Source: Phoronis australis
Taxonomy: Eukaryota; Animalia; Phoronida
Direction: 5' to 3'
Assembly: GCA_002633005.1 (NCBI GenBank)
Contig: NMRA01000525.1
Span: 3,974-51,036, forward strand
Length of the DNA: 47,063 nucleotides
Positions 1-11,336 of the stretch are shown one piece after another. The position numbers were made by a program, and so were the translations under genes. Each line of letters opens with the position of its first letter. Within the stretch, counting starts at the first letter, position 1. The notes under the pieces are model-generated. The model did no database searches, had not been told where the DNA came from, and saw only the letters and a program-made list of their open reading frames with translations.

Positions 1-95
1 CCAACCCCCCCAACCTCACCCCCTTCCAACCTCCCAACCCCTCCCCCTTCCAACCCCTCTACCCTCCCCCATTCCAACCCCTCCACCCTCCCCCA
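1..95. repeat. C-rich low-complexity tract (CCCCTCCAACC-like units)
   Basis: Degenerate CCAACCCC/CCCCTTCC repeats at the window edge. Confidence 0.8.
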
Positions 96-194
96 TATTC
101 ACTTTGTAAGATCACACCACGCTAAAAAAATTCGATAGTATTTTCCTTTGTGTAAAACAAAGTACTTTTGTACGACAGACTGCGAGCTGTCGTG

Positions 195-299
195 CAGCCT
201 CTTCCCCAAGCCTCAAGATGACGCTGATCGGTTTAGTCATTCGAGAGCCTCAAGTGGCTAAACCGATCAGCGCCTTCTTGAGGCTTGGGGACGAGGCTG
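195..299. mobile_element. Palindromic hairpin MITE, ~105 bp; partial copies at ~9003-9037 and ~33688-33745
   Basis: CAGCCTCTTCCCCAAGCCTCAAGATGACGCTGATCGGTTTAG pairs with CTAAACCGATCAGCGCCTTCTTGAGGCTTGGGGACGAGGCTG. Arm sequences recur elsewhere in the window. Confidence 0.8.
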
Positions 300-324
300 G
301 CTGTCTTGAAGCTAATGGTTTTCC

Positions 325-795
325 TCAGATTGGTTGCAGTGCCACATATGTAATAGAGCCATTTGATATTTGATGACACTGCGCTGATGTGGTAGATCGA
401 GTTTGTGTTGAAGTCATTCCTAGAGCCTACTTAATTTTGAGGTATTCTTGCATTTATAACTTCGAGCAATCTGTTAAATGATTCGAAAAGCACGCCGTCT
501 TTAATATCTGATGACTTACCAGGCATATGAATGCCTTCCACTGATAGCACTGGAAATGCGTTCGCCGAACCTTCCACCTCCGTTTGATGTCGCTGAGATA
601 GATGTCGACGGGCGATGCTAATTAGCTCGTCAACCTCGTCCGATTCCTCACTCTGAATATGCAAATACAGAAGACTGACAACTACACATGCAGTGGAACT
701 TTTACGAGGACGCAATACAGATCATTTTGAGGGCCATTTTTAAAAGTACATTGTACCTCAACTTCTGATGTCCGCGTCATCCTTAAAAACGGCAT
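325..795 (-). CDS. Putative small spliced gene, or 3' exons of a larger gene: exons 795-757, 652-520, 419-325; 88 aa, MPFLRMTRTSEVESEESDEVDELISIARR...YVALQPI
   Basis: Splice sites GAG|gtacaa, attcag|AGT, CTG|gtaagt and ctctag|GA have compatible phases (0, then 1) and lead to TGA at 325-327. No homology recognised. Confidence 0.4.
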
Positions 796-1377
796 GCTGA
801 CGGCCCTTTTTTATTTTTTTGTGTGTTCGTATGGACTAATTGGGGATTTCATCTTATTCAATTGGCGGCACCGATGTCGTTTGTCACATTGATCACATTG
901 GCTAATTCTTGCGCTTACGTCTCCGAGATTTTTAGTGATGTTACCAGATATTTACGAGCCGACAACCGTCCAGAAATGCACTTGAAAAACGTTCCTCAGA
1001 TGAACTCCCGGAATTATAAATTCGCCTACGGTCAATCGGTTTTCACAGTGGGGTGTTCAATGTTGTTTTTACGATAGTGCTTGTAACGTTTCTTTACTGG
1101 CTCAGTTTTGAGACATGTAGTTCAATGTGTACTCACAAGGTGGCATGTATTTGTTGATTTGAATTAACAATGCGTTCCATCGAAACGAGAAGCCCGGTGA
1201 AAACAAAAACCTCGACTTATGACGGATTGGCGTTCTACGTTATTCCGATGATAAAGTTGTGGTGCGATGCTTTGAGTCGGCATTCGGCGCCATGAAATAT
1301 TGCGTCACCTATTGGCCAGTTTTTGTTTTCCCCAATCCTTCAATCAACTGTTCTTCAACCACGATGTTGCGTACATA

Positions 1378-1800
1378 TCACAACAAATTAGTCAACAATC
1401 GCACTCGAAAGTCGAAATAACATTTTCGTTTTTCACTTTTATGAATACTTTTGGAGAAACTATTGAGCTCTTGAAGATGTTTTAACTCAAAGTTTGAGGC
1501 TACTGACAATGGTCTCCGAAAATTTGAAAAAATGCCGGGTTTCCGGTCCGATCCCTGGGATTCCTGTTTTAAAGGTCGGGGCAAAGGTCGGGGTTTGTGT
1601 TTTTCGGGCAGCTTAGCTGTTGTGAAGGTGTGGGAGTCTCTTTTCAACTCCTGGATATCTGTTTTACACCGGGATACCTGTTTCGATGGATCACCCTGAT
1701 AAACATCATATTCATCCACAGAACGCACTATATAGCCTCTTTCAGAGGATCTCGTTCACGTCTTTATGAATTTACAGTTGAAACGTTTATTTAATTTTGC
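1378..1800 (-). CDS. Probable next exon of the DUF3293-like gene after a 62-nt intron (1801-1862); in-frame TGA at 1756-1758 followed by a further 125 open codons
   Basis: Acceptor ttctctag|GCA gives AKLNKRFNCKFIKT-TGA-TRSSERGYIVRSVDEY... in the same frame as ORF 1378-1728. Confidence 0.4.
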
Positions 1801-1862
1801 CTAGAGAATCTGACAAAAATACAATTCAAATTTAAGAAACGGATGACCACAGTTACATTTAC

Positions 1863-2528
1863 CTGTCTCAGTACGTTTACAATGTCTCTGAGCTGGTGGA
1901 AGAGGGAGTTGTTTCTTTGGTGAAGATAAGCAGGGTGGAAGTTGATCTTCTCAATGCAGACAAGGTTTTCGGTGATCCTGGTCGGTACAGGGCCCTCGAA
2001 CAAGACTAGAGTCTGGCTGATACCTGTTTTGTTAACAACACACTTGAAATAGGCTGCTTGTTGGTACTTTTGTGCCAAGTTGTGGATGACCTCCTCGTGA
2101 TTTTTAACGTGATAGGTCAGTGGCAAAACGACTGTAAATCCACGCTCAAAGTGGTGGACGCGTTTGGGGAAGTAAGAAAAGTTTCCTCGAATCAAGCACC
2201 CAGGCAGAAGATTTCTTAAGTCCGCCATTAGTTTAACATTGGCGTTCTGGTTCCAGACAGGGTTACAAATTTTGTTCCAGGGATTGTACGCGGTTAGCGA
2301 GTAATAGAACCCGGGTGAAAATTTTTCACCAAACCCCCTTATCACTTTCAGGTCGTTTCGCGTTTCGCTGTACCTGGCATCGCAAAAGTACTCATGGCCC
2401 TGGTCGAATTCTATGGCGGAAATACATGACAACCAATCCACTTCTTCGCTTTCAAGTGAGCTGTCTGTGGCGGCATCGTCTGATAACCACGAACCGTCGG
2501 TGTTGAAAGGCAGAACCGAGTCTAGTTC
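1863..2528 (-). CDS. DUF3293-like domain protein, large internal exon of a spliced gene
   Basis: Motif series LTAYNPW...NQNANVKLMADL...G..S...HFERGFTV...NLAQKYQQAAY matches the DUF3293 (PF11697) pattern ITAxNP...NxxxNxxL...ExSF...AxxxxQxAI. Acceptor tttccag|GAA at 2528 is in frame; donor CAG|gtaaat at 1862. Confidence 0.7.
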
Positions 2529-2699
2529 CTGGAAACGTTATTTCATTATTAAAAGTAAGTGGAATATCGCAATGATCTGTTTTATTAAAGTCCCTAACGG
2601 AACCCGCGTTCCGTCCAAGAAACGAACTTTTAGTGATTTAGGCCAATTGCCGTTATAAAATTGGTCTCAACTTGTTCCGGCTTACTCAAATGAGAACTG

Positions 2700-2853
2700 G
2701 CGTGCGTTCAGTAACGCTAGGACCTACGCTAGGATCTAGCTAAAATCTAGTCAAAGTCACGTGATCTCATTTAAAATACACGGCAATATCTCAAGGTAAT
2801 CTCGCGAAGTCTTGATTTTTAACGAGGTCCTAGCGTTACTGAAGGAGAGGCTG
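2700..2853 (+). mobile_element. MITE family A, copy 1 (~150 bp, TIR TTCAGTAACGCTAGGACCT)
   Basis: 19-bp terminal inverted repeats; three more copies in the window. Confidence 0.85.
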
Positions 2854-2878
2854 ATTTCTTGGTTTGCAAAGCAATGTC

Positions 2879-3025
2879 CAGGGGCAGATCCAGGATTTTG
2901 AGTTAGGGGGGACTAGGGCAGAGTATTAGCCAGACAGACATTTGCACCCCCGAACTGCAAAATGGAATCTGGGAGAATTTTAGGGGGGTCATGGCCCCCT
3001 TGGCCCCCCTCTAAATCCGCCACTG
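2879..3025. mobile_element. hAT-type MITE (CAGGGGCAGAT...ATCCGCCACTG) with a 5-bp TSD
   Basis: TIRs plus flanks ATGTC / CTGTC (4/5 match). Confidence 0.75.
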
Positions 3026-3240
3026 CTGTCCGTTATTCTCTAAATGACACTCTCGGCTGTGACAAGCCAACATGTAGAGCCTGGTCTCATGCAATAACCA
3101 ACTGTCATTTTTTCAAAACCGTCAAATCACACCCACTTTAGCTAAGGAACAAATTGAGATCAATTTCATAGCGATTAGCGATCTCAAATCATAAGTTGTT
3201 TTCGTGATAGAAGGCAAGTCTAAGCCGCGTTAAGAGTAAG

Positions 3241-3751
3241 TAGGGCCTTATTAACAAGCCTGTACATTTTGGCAAATATCTAAGAAAAACTATAGAATTT
3301 AACCCATCAAAAGCATTTTATGAAAGTATTAGAAATTCCGTAGAATTTGAGATTTGACTTTATACCAATCTGCCACTGATAAGGTCACGTGACTGCCTTT
3401 TAGGACAATTTAGAAAAAAAGAAAGCTACATTCGTAGCAAAACAACAGAATCAATAGCATGACAAAATTTCGAATGTTATAAGTGTTCAAGAAAAAATCT
3501 CAAAAGCACTGTTACATTTTTTAAATTATCCTTTCGTTTTCGTCTTCTTTTTATGCAAGTTCATAATAATTCATCAAAAATATATAAGTGCTATTGTTGA
3601 TATCACCTCATGCAAAAGTGGAATACTTCAAAAACACTGCAGATCCGTGTATAAACCATTGTATCTGACAGTTTCATGTGAATCCGATCAGCCATTTCTG
3701 CGATACGATGTTCCAGATTTGGTCAAAATTGGACATTTTTGTAGGGTCCTA
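3241..3751. mobile_element. Non-autonomous TIR element (TAGGGCCTTA...TAGGGTCCTA); related shorter copy at 19936-20153
   Basis: Shared right-hand segment GTATCTGA.AGTTTCAT...ATCAGCCATTTCTG.GATA and similar termini. Confidence 0.6.
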
Positions 3752-3854
3752 GATAACTTTAATAGAGACAGCAAACACTTCCCTCGTCAACGTGATTTCC
3801 CACCAGATAACTCAATTAAACTGCCTCTAACATTTACATACTGTGGTAGACAAT

Positions 3855-3962
3855 AATAACCATCCCAGACAGCTAGACCTTTCACTGAATCATAACCAGC
3901 CCAGACAGCTAGACCTTTCACTGAATCATAACCAGCCCAGACAGCTAGACCTTTCACTGAAT
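3855..3962. repeat. Minisatellite, 36 bp x 3
   Basis: Unit CATAACCAGCCCAGACAGCTAGACCTTTCACTGAAT at 3855, 3891 and 3927, with no spacers. Confidence 0.95.
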
Positions 3963-5004
3963 CTTCAAAGCATGAAGTTTGCCGAAATTAACCAGACGAC
4001 GCCATTAGCCAACTCGACCAGAATTGGTGGTTTCGTGTCTACTCTGTTTTCCTCAAAACTGCAACTGTCGTCATATGACAATGGCGTTGGTTTTTTCACA
4101 AGAGTTTTGCGTCTTTGACATACTGATGCAGTGCTCGATCTGGCGCCCTGTAACTCGCCAATGCGACTTCACATTGTGTTTGGCAACCTTAGAAAATCCC
4201 GAGTTGCGAATTTGAATGGTGCATATTTACGGAAGAAATGGAAGAAGTGTGCTTAAATTTTTAATAACGATAACAGGAGCACGAGGTTGTTCTTTTTTTC
4301 TTTTTGGTCGGCGAATTCTGACCTGAGTTTGGTGACATCAGTTTTCATTGGCGACCTCAGTTTTCATTTGAAGACCTGGGATTTTCGCTAAGTCACATTT
4401 GGCGAGTTGACGTTAAGCTAAACGTCGAGCACTGGTATAGTCTTAAACCTGGCAACAGTGAATAGGCAGCCAGCATGAGAAAAGAATGCCATTGCTTAAA
4501 ACTCCTGCAGACGGAGGAAGAAGTTTTCGTCTATTCTTTTACAACTTTAAAAGGCTTCCATGAATTCACATTCTGTCAGGAACAAATTTAGATTGAGATG
4601 AAATAACACATCGTTAATGCGACAGACCAGGCTCGTCAACTAGAGGCGACCCGTCGATTAATCCTATGCTTCAAGAACAGCAGCAAACTTAAATTTGTTG
4701 CGCCTAGGTGGCCGGGAATGGAAATTGTGGCAAGCAAAGTAAGGAACAATTATGATGACGGCGTAGTAAAATATCCGAGAACACCACACCTTACGCGAAA
4801 CCTTACCCTGACACTGATCGACGTTCTCCTGTAACGCCACCTTTCATACGTGAATCTTATTCATACCTACACCCCACAGTTATATATAGGTATAGAGATA
4901 CACATGGTGTGCGCTTTATCTACACTCGACATAGAGAAAGCAGTTTTGCGGGAGGTTTCATTGCAGCCTCTTCCAGTCCAGCGACTACATCATGCCATTG
5001 AATA

Positions 5005-5461
5005 GGCCTAACAGTGATTTTCGAGATTGCTCACAGACTACGCAATAGGAAAACGCAGGCATGTACACTAGTTTTCGAAATAATCTAGACAGAATTCAAG
5101 AGAATTCCGTCAGAATGACAAACATGAATAAACGACATGCCAGAATTAATTGTCAGTTTAGTCGAACTTTTGTCACTATAAAATTGCGTCGTACTATAAT
5201 GATACGTTATCATCGAGCCTGGCAGCTAATCATGATGAACTTGCGCAGTAAGTTGTCGCGATTTCGACTACGTGGATAGAACAACACTCAATTGTCGATA
5301 TTTTGGCCTGATATCGCCACAGTTAAAACGGAATGCTGATTCTAGTCGAAAATTAATGGATATTTAGTCGCGATTTTGTGCCCCGAATCTTTGTCGTATT
5401 TCGATGTCGTCCAGTTTATTTTGAAAACTATTGTATTTTCTCATGCACTTCACTATAGGGC
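5005..5461. mobile_element. Degenerate inverted-repeat element
   Basis: ACACTAGTTTTCGAAATAATCTAGAC (~5067) pairs imperfectly with GTCCAGTTTATTTTGAAAACTATTGT (~5409); interior rich in GTCG/CGAC motifs. Confidence 0.45.
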
Positions 5462-6769
5462 CAGCGCAGAAGGGGAGTCTGAACGATATATCATGCAACC
5501 CAGTCAACAGACAGCAAACGTTAAGACGTGAAAATAAAACAACCATTGAACAGGGCGCTACTTCATTCAACTGTTCGCTACTTGACTTGAGCTGTCAGCT
5601 CAGCTACCAGTCCTTTAAGGCACTCAGCTCAGCTCCTAGGTGTCCGTCTGCGCTGACCTCATCAGCATGAATAGCTGAACTACCTGCGATCAAAATATTT
5701 AAGGTTTTGAAATCCAGCCCCCCCCCCCCTTCCCCTTTTTAACAACTGTTCCCTCAATTTCTTTCGAGGGTGACCATCTGCGGCAATTAACTAACAGACA
5801 TTTGCCGGAAGAGATAAATACTTAAAATTGTTAAATTGTTTTTCACATGTACATACAAAAAGTCCAAAATCTGTGAACGTATGCAGCTGTGCTGGAAATT
5901 TCGAACGTATGTTTGCCTTCGCTGCAATCGACGACAAATGACACATTAAGATACTCGAGATGACAAACAAACCTGTGAATGGCGAGTCCGGAGAAAACAA
6001 TAAGCGGCCTAACCTATTGCATCTAAAAGTACAGGCAAAGTTCGACACACCTGGGCTGCGTACCGTAGTGAAAAAGCACTTGAAGATCATGCAACAACAC
6101 CACACAAAATCACGCAAGTGTTTCTTGAGTCATTATGCGCTGGAACTTACCAGCGTACCTCAGCGAAATAGCGGCCACTGACGCGGTTGCTGGTCGGTGA
6201 TGTTGGAATGCTAAATTATGAGCCAGAACTCAATGTTTCAATTCGAAACCACAAGTACAGGGCAACTGTCTTGTGTCCACTGTACGCTACCCTCACGTCC
6301 GGCACATGATGAGATCGATAGGGATGTATATCTCACACAACTCTTCGTACTTGTAATGACGGTTTTATTGTTGTCAAATGTTTTAAAAGAGCATGATGCA
6401 TACATGTACCTACCATTGTTTGGTTCATGCTTTGGGATACAACTCCTGTTTCATTTTTCATACGGTAAGTTTCACCCTACTTAGCTGGGTAAAAACGAAA
6501 ATCTAATTAGCCAGTCTTTTACACCTATAAAATCGGTCTCAACATTTTTCTGGCATATGATTTAGCAGAATGAATGTTCACGTCAATCATCCGTTAGACT
6601 GGTAACTTTCCGTTGCTCATGATAAGACTTGTTTTCTGTTGCCCTCTTTAGGTCAAAAACTTGTCGGATTTTACGTGGGGTTAGCCAAAGCTGAAATTCG
6701 AAAATGGAGAGAAGGGAATGACCTTCAGTAGGTCCTTACAATACTTTCATGAGGACATACATGTAAGAC

Positions 6770-6900
6770 CGATAACCCAGTTGACCTAGTTCGAGTCCTG
6801 GGTCACGACGATGAAAACTCCCTTGACAAGTACACCCTGTTACCCTAGCTTGAATGCAATGTTTAGCATCGACTCATTCTTAACGAATTCGCCTCGCTTA
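6770..6900 (+). mobile_element. Degenerate tRNA-derived SINE fragment
   Basis: B-box GTTCGAGTCC followed by CCCTTGACAAG, which resembles the CCTTGRGCAAG motif common in SINE central domains. Confidence 0.4.
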
Positions 6901-7686
6901 CACATGATCCCTTAAACGTTGACTTAATTTTCGGTTAAGAACTCGAAATATGTTTCAAGTGATAGCAAAACAAGGCGAAATGCAACTTTAAAGCTGCAAT
7001 GCGTGCCCCCCCCCCCACCCCCTATTTACATGTAATTGCCACAAGCTGAATTCTTAACCCGAAGCGCTTTGTGGTTTAAAAAGCTCACGCGCTTGATTTA
7101 TTGTAGAATTTGCCGGACTCTCAAGTCACAGGGAATACGAAAAAAGCCGCGCACGTTTTGAGTCCACGATTTTAGGGTTGGCCGACAGCAATAAACGCTG
7201 AAGTGTTTTTGGGTCGCTGATAGTTTTGATGGTTTTCTTTATGGCCTATACTTGCCCACCGTCCCGCTTTTGACGGGGCTTGCCGTTTTTGGCGTTTTTT
7301 CCGTGTCCTCTCGCCTCATCCTCAACTGCAGCGAAATTGGCGTATTACCATACATTTTTGTGATTTAATTTTCACACGATTTACTCCCATTTTTTGTTCG
7401 TCTGAAGGAAACGCCGTAGAAAAATGAGGTGTTTTGGGTGTACCGGTGGACATTTGACCCTTGTCCTTTCAAAACGATCACTCAGATATCCAGCTCTAGA
7501 TCTGGATGTTCTTTTTTTAAATATATTTTCGAGTATAGGCAACTATGCCTATGGCGACGGTAAATGTGAGTTAAAAGACCTAATTCTTCGTTTTTAGCCA
7601 GTCGAACAAGGCGAAATGCATCTTTTATCAGTGTCACAAAGACACGTTATGATAAAATTATGAACCGAATGCAGTTCATAGATTTT

Positions 7687-7989
7687 GGGCGGCGCAGCAC
7701 TGAAAAAAATGGGAGGGCTATAGCGGCCCCTCCCCCCCAGCCCCTGGCGCATGGGCACGCAGTACTGAAAAAAGTGGGGGCTATAGCCCCCCAGCCCCCG
7801 TGTGGTAAACCGCCCATAGACCATGGGCTCCGACAGGAGCATTAAAAAAGTGGTGGCTATAGCCCCCCAGCCCCCTATGGTGCGCCTCCCATGTGTGGTG
7901 CGCCCATAGACCATGCCATGGGGCGGCGCAGCACTGAAAAGAAGTGGCGGGCTACAGTCCCCCAGCCCACTGTGGTGCGCTGCCCTTGT
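7687..7989. repeat. GC-rich tandem array of ~65-110 bp units (GGGCGGCGCAGCACTGAAAAAA...GCTATAGCCCCCCAGCCCC...GTGGTGCGC), about 4 units
   Basis: Direct repetition is visible. Unit ends (ATGGGCGGCGCA / TGCGCCCAT) are mutually inverted, consistent with tandemised short MITEs. Confidence 0.8.
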
Positions 7990-8590
7990 ATAACATCGTT
8001 TCAGCGGAAAATTCGTTGCTATTTCACTTAATCAGTTCGTAATTTGGGCTTGGCCTAAGTGACTGTCTCAGTTCAACTTAATAAACAAAGCCGGCATTTA
8101 CCTGATAATAAGACATCCCGGAGCCTGTAAAAACTTGAGAGAACATGCACACAATACGAGCTACAGCTAAATACACTCGCAAAAATGCTTTTGTTCTGCC
8201 AGAGACCCCTGTTCAACCTCTTCGACAAGTATAAGTTTACAGTTGCATCATTCCACTAGTACTATAACTAACCCAGGCGTGTCGTGTTCCATAGACACAA
8301 GAGCCTCGCGAAAACGCAAGATCACGCAAGAGTTTGTGAGATATTAACATCTATAACAAGCGAAACACGTGATCATATTAGCTTCCTTCGCGAAATCCTT
8401 GCTTATACGGACATAATAGACAGCAACAAACGTTACTCTGTTTGCTCGAAAGCATACACAAAGCACGTGGCGAGTTCATGACAAACAGCTTGCGCAGATC
8501 TCTACCTGTGGTGACCGCAAAGTGGTTGACCTGAACAGGTCATGATTGTTGACTTCCACACAAGGTGGAGTTCAATAGCTGTTTCCTCGC

Positions 8591-8977
8591 CTCGCTGGTT
8601 TCGTGCATGCCGCTAGGTGGGGCGGTAGCCGCTCCAGCTCGCAGGTATCACTTAATTTTCCTCGGCAATTTTTTTACACCGGCGTTTCTGATTGGCTAGC
8701 GCTTTACGCAAACAAACTGGCACGACTGATGGACTGAAGTGTAAATGGGGTCTGTTGTAAGACAAATCGGTGCTTAAAATTCATGTTCAGGAAAAGTGAA
8801 TCCTAGAAATTGTGGTTGCGCCTTTTCTACTGTCGATGACTTTTGTTTACGATTGTGTCCTGTATTCATACAGTGTGCATTACACACCGGTTAAATCGGC
8901 CAGATATGTGCTTATTGTACATGTATGTGTTCTGCCTGATACCTGCGTGCTGGCTAGGCACGTAGGGGACCAGCGAG
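8591..8977 (+). mobile_element. MITE family D, copy 1 (long TIR CTCGCTGGT...GCAGGTATCA / TGATACCTGC...ACCAGCGAG)
   Basis: TIRs of roughly 40-60 bp; body collinear with 32604-33167. Confidence 0.85.
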
Positions 8978-10151
8978 TAGCTGTTTCGCGGCTAACCTTG
9001 AACCCAAGCCTCAAGATGACGCTGATCGGTTTAGCCAGATGAAACTTTTCTTTTCTAGAACTGCTAGGGTTACTGAACTCTAGAGCTTGGAAGTTGTTTT
9101 GCACGCCAGTGTCACCGCTTTGCTTCATGCTGGTCACTTAAAGTTGTCTTGGAAACTGTAACTTGTATCATGAGGACAACAGACTTCCCTTCAATTTTCA
9201 AAAGACCAAGAGCATGTGATTACTTTCTCACCTGAAATTCAAATTTGTGACTCTTTGATTTGTCGTGTTAATAATCCCTCTCTGGAGTGTGTTAGTAATT
9301 TAAAATAGTTATGTGACTGTGTCTTGGTAGACATATTACCTGAGTCGTACAGGCAAATTTCATTTGTTCTTAAGTGGATGTAAAAATTGGACTTCTTAAA
9401 AGATTAAACAAGTTTTTGCATCTTGACAGTCTAAATCTATTACACGTAGCCTTAGTTTTGCCACGTTTACAATATCGTACGCGTGATGATGTATGGGCTT
9501 CTTGCAATAATGGTCTCAGAACAAATTTACAAAAAATGTAACACCATTTTGCAGACGAATAAGTTGGCTCAAATTAGGTGTGCGTAGGGATTACCATGTG
9601 TTTAGCTATGTTGATGTGTCTCCATGACACGGCACCTCAGTATCTTTGTGACAAAATAAAATCAGTAAACCAGGTTCATAACACTGAGAAATACAGTGGC
9701 AATATTCTACATTCATAAAATCAAAACTAATTTTGGTAAACACTCCCTTTTCCACTCCAGTGCTGTTGGAACAATCTCGAGTCTGGCATCCTTTAAAGTA
9801 ATTCTATTAAAATTTTCAAGTGCAGGTACCTGGGTAATATTTGATAATTTGAAATTTTTAAATTGAATAGTCTTTGACAATTTGTCAATTTCTTGTTCAC
9901 GGTATAATTGTATCTATTAAGTGTTCTTATACAATCATGTCGAGTTGATTTTTGAAATGTTTTTTCTTTCTTATCAGGACCAGTAAGTTTTATCCACCTG
10001 AATAAACATAGCTCACACAATGAAATAGAAGGAAGTGTTCGAGTGGGTTTATCAGCATGTCGTATGGTTTTAAATTCCGGACTTCAAAATACGTGTTTGC
10101 TAATTAAAAATTAATACAATACCATTTAAACTGACGTTTGGCGAAATTTAA

Positions 10152-10934
10152 AGGGACATTGTCGGTTTTACGGCCGTAAAACCGCATTTATGAGATTATT
10201 GCTGGATGACGTAGACTTTCTGACGTTATTTGCTTTGGCCAGAGCTACGAAACAATAAGACCTGATGTGTTTTTGCAATTCTGACGCCTGACAGAAAAGG
10301 CCGGTGTCTCGAATCTGCTTTAATGCTCATCTTAGAAAATGAAGTTCTCTTGTCGGTGATGTCATTTTAAGTTGTTTACTCATCTCGATGGTTCGTGAAA
10401 GTTACAAGACATACGAAACAATTGACATAGCTTGCACAACTATCCAGTAACGTGCTTTGTTGATTTCTGCTCGCAAACATTGGCATGTTTTTCTCGGCCA
10501 TTTTGTTTTCACCTTATGGACTTGTGGAGAATTGCTCGACTACATCAACCTTCATAGGATAGTCGGCTATTCAGTACTTCTATGTTTCAGTTGGCTTGTG
10601 GGGTGCATCGCTTGAAAAACTAATGTCCGGTAGCTAGCTTCTCTCAAAAATGTTGTGACTATTTGGAATAGAAAATGTTCAAGACGTAACACAAATGAGT
10701 GTAAGTACATTGTAAAACATGTATATGGGCTCTGCGAGGAGGAAGTTGTCCTTGTGTATGCCTATTCGGTGTGGACGTTGGGGCACGCCTCCTAAAGGTA
10801 AATGGGTGCATATACATGTGTGGACGTTGGGGCACGCCTCCTAAAGGTAAATGGGTGCATATACATGTGTGGACGTTGGGACACGCCTCCTAAAGGTAAA
10901 TGGGTGCATATACATGTGTCTAATAATGTCCCCT
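10152..10934. mobile_element. Kolobok-like non-autonomous element (TTAA|AGGGACATT...AATGTCCCCT|TTAT); diverged internal homolog at ~39330-39735
   Basis: TIR with TTAA-like flanks. Shared segment GATAGTCGGCT...GGGGTG.ATCGCTTGAAAAACTAATGTC at ~10558 and ~39570. Confidence 0.65.
10769..10919. repeat. Minisatellite, 49 bp x 3, inside the Kolobok-like element
   Basis: Unit GTGTGGACGTTGGGGCACGCCTCCTAAAGGTAAATGGGTGCATATACAT at 10769, 10818 and 10867. Confidence 0.95.
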
Positions 10935-11270
10935 TTATTAAAACATGAAATTATTGGAGGTCTGTGGTTTTAAAAATACCTTTCTTTGTAGTTTGTAACC
11001 CAAAAAGTAAGCCCATTCCAGTGGCGGATCTAGGATATCACAAGGGGGAGGCCAAACATTTTGTTCGGCTGTAAGCATTTGCGCAAACCACGAGTGTAGA
11101 TGCGCATAGCACCGAATGGGGGGAGGTCGGGGGGGAAAGCCCCCTCCCGCCCAGGAAATTTTTCTGTTTTTTCCTCTAAACATCAAGCATTTTCCTTAAT
11201 TCCTGAAGTATTATCCAAGATAAAAAGGCAAAATAAAAACACTACGAACGTGTCAAACAGAAAAAAACTA

Positions 11271-11336
11271 CCAGTACCAGAGACTCGAACTCACCACCCG
11301 GCGGATAGAGCGCGCGTGCTTTACCACTACACCACC
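11271..11336 (-). mobile_element. tRNA-derived SINE head or tRNA-like relic
   Basis: Minus strand GGTGGTGTAGTGGTAAAGCACGCGCGCTCTATCCGCCGGGTGGTGAGTTCGAGTCTC has A-box and B-box but no clean acceptor stem. Confidence 0.6.

Noticed and set aside
2413-2658. Plus-strand 81-aa ORF with an ATG and a gtaagt donor
   Set aside because: It overlaps antisense to the DUF3293-like exon and has no recognisable homology. Not fully excluded without RNA data.
3843-4118. ORF with repeated NHNQPRQLDLSL, and a possible CRISPR-like 36-bp repeat
   Set aside because: The units are contiguous with no spacers and there are no cas genes. The peptide repeat simply follows from a 36-bp minisatellite.
10769-10919. 49-bp repeats as a CRISPR array
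   Set aside because: Head-to-tail near-identical units without unique spacers, in eukaryotic transposon context.
11271-11336. Functional tRNA gene
   Set aside because: A/B boxes are present but no convincing acceptor and anticodon stems; it lies inside a transposon.
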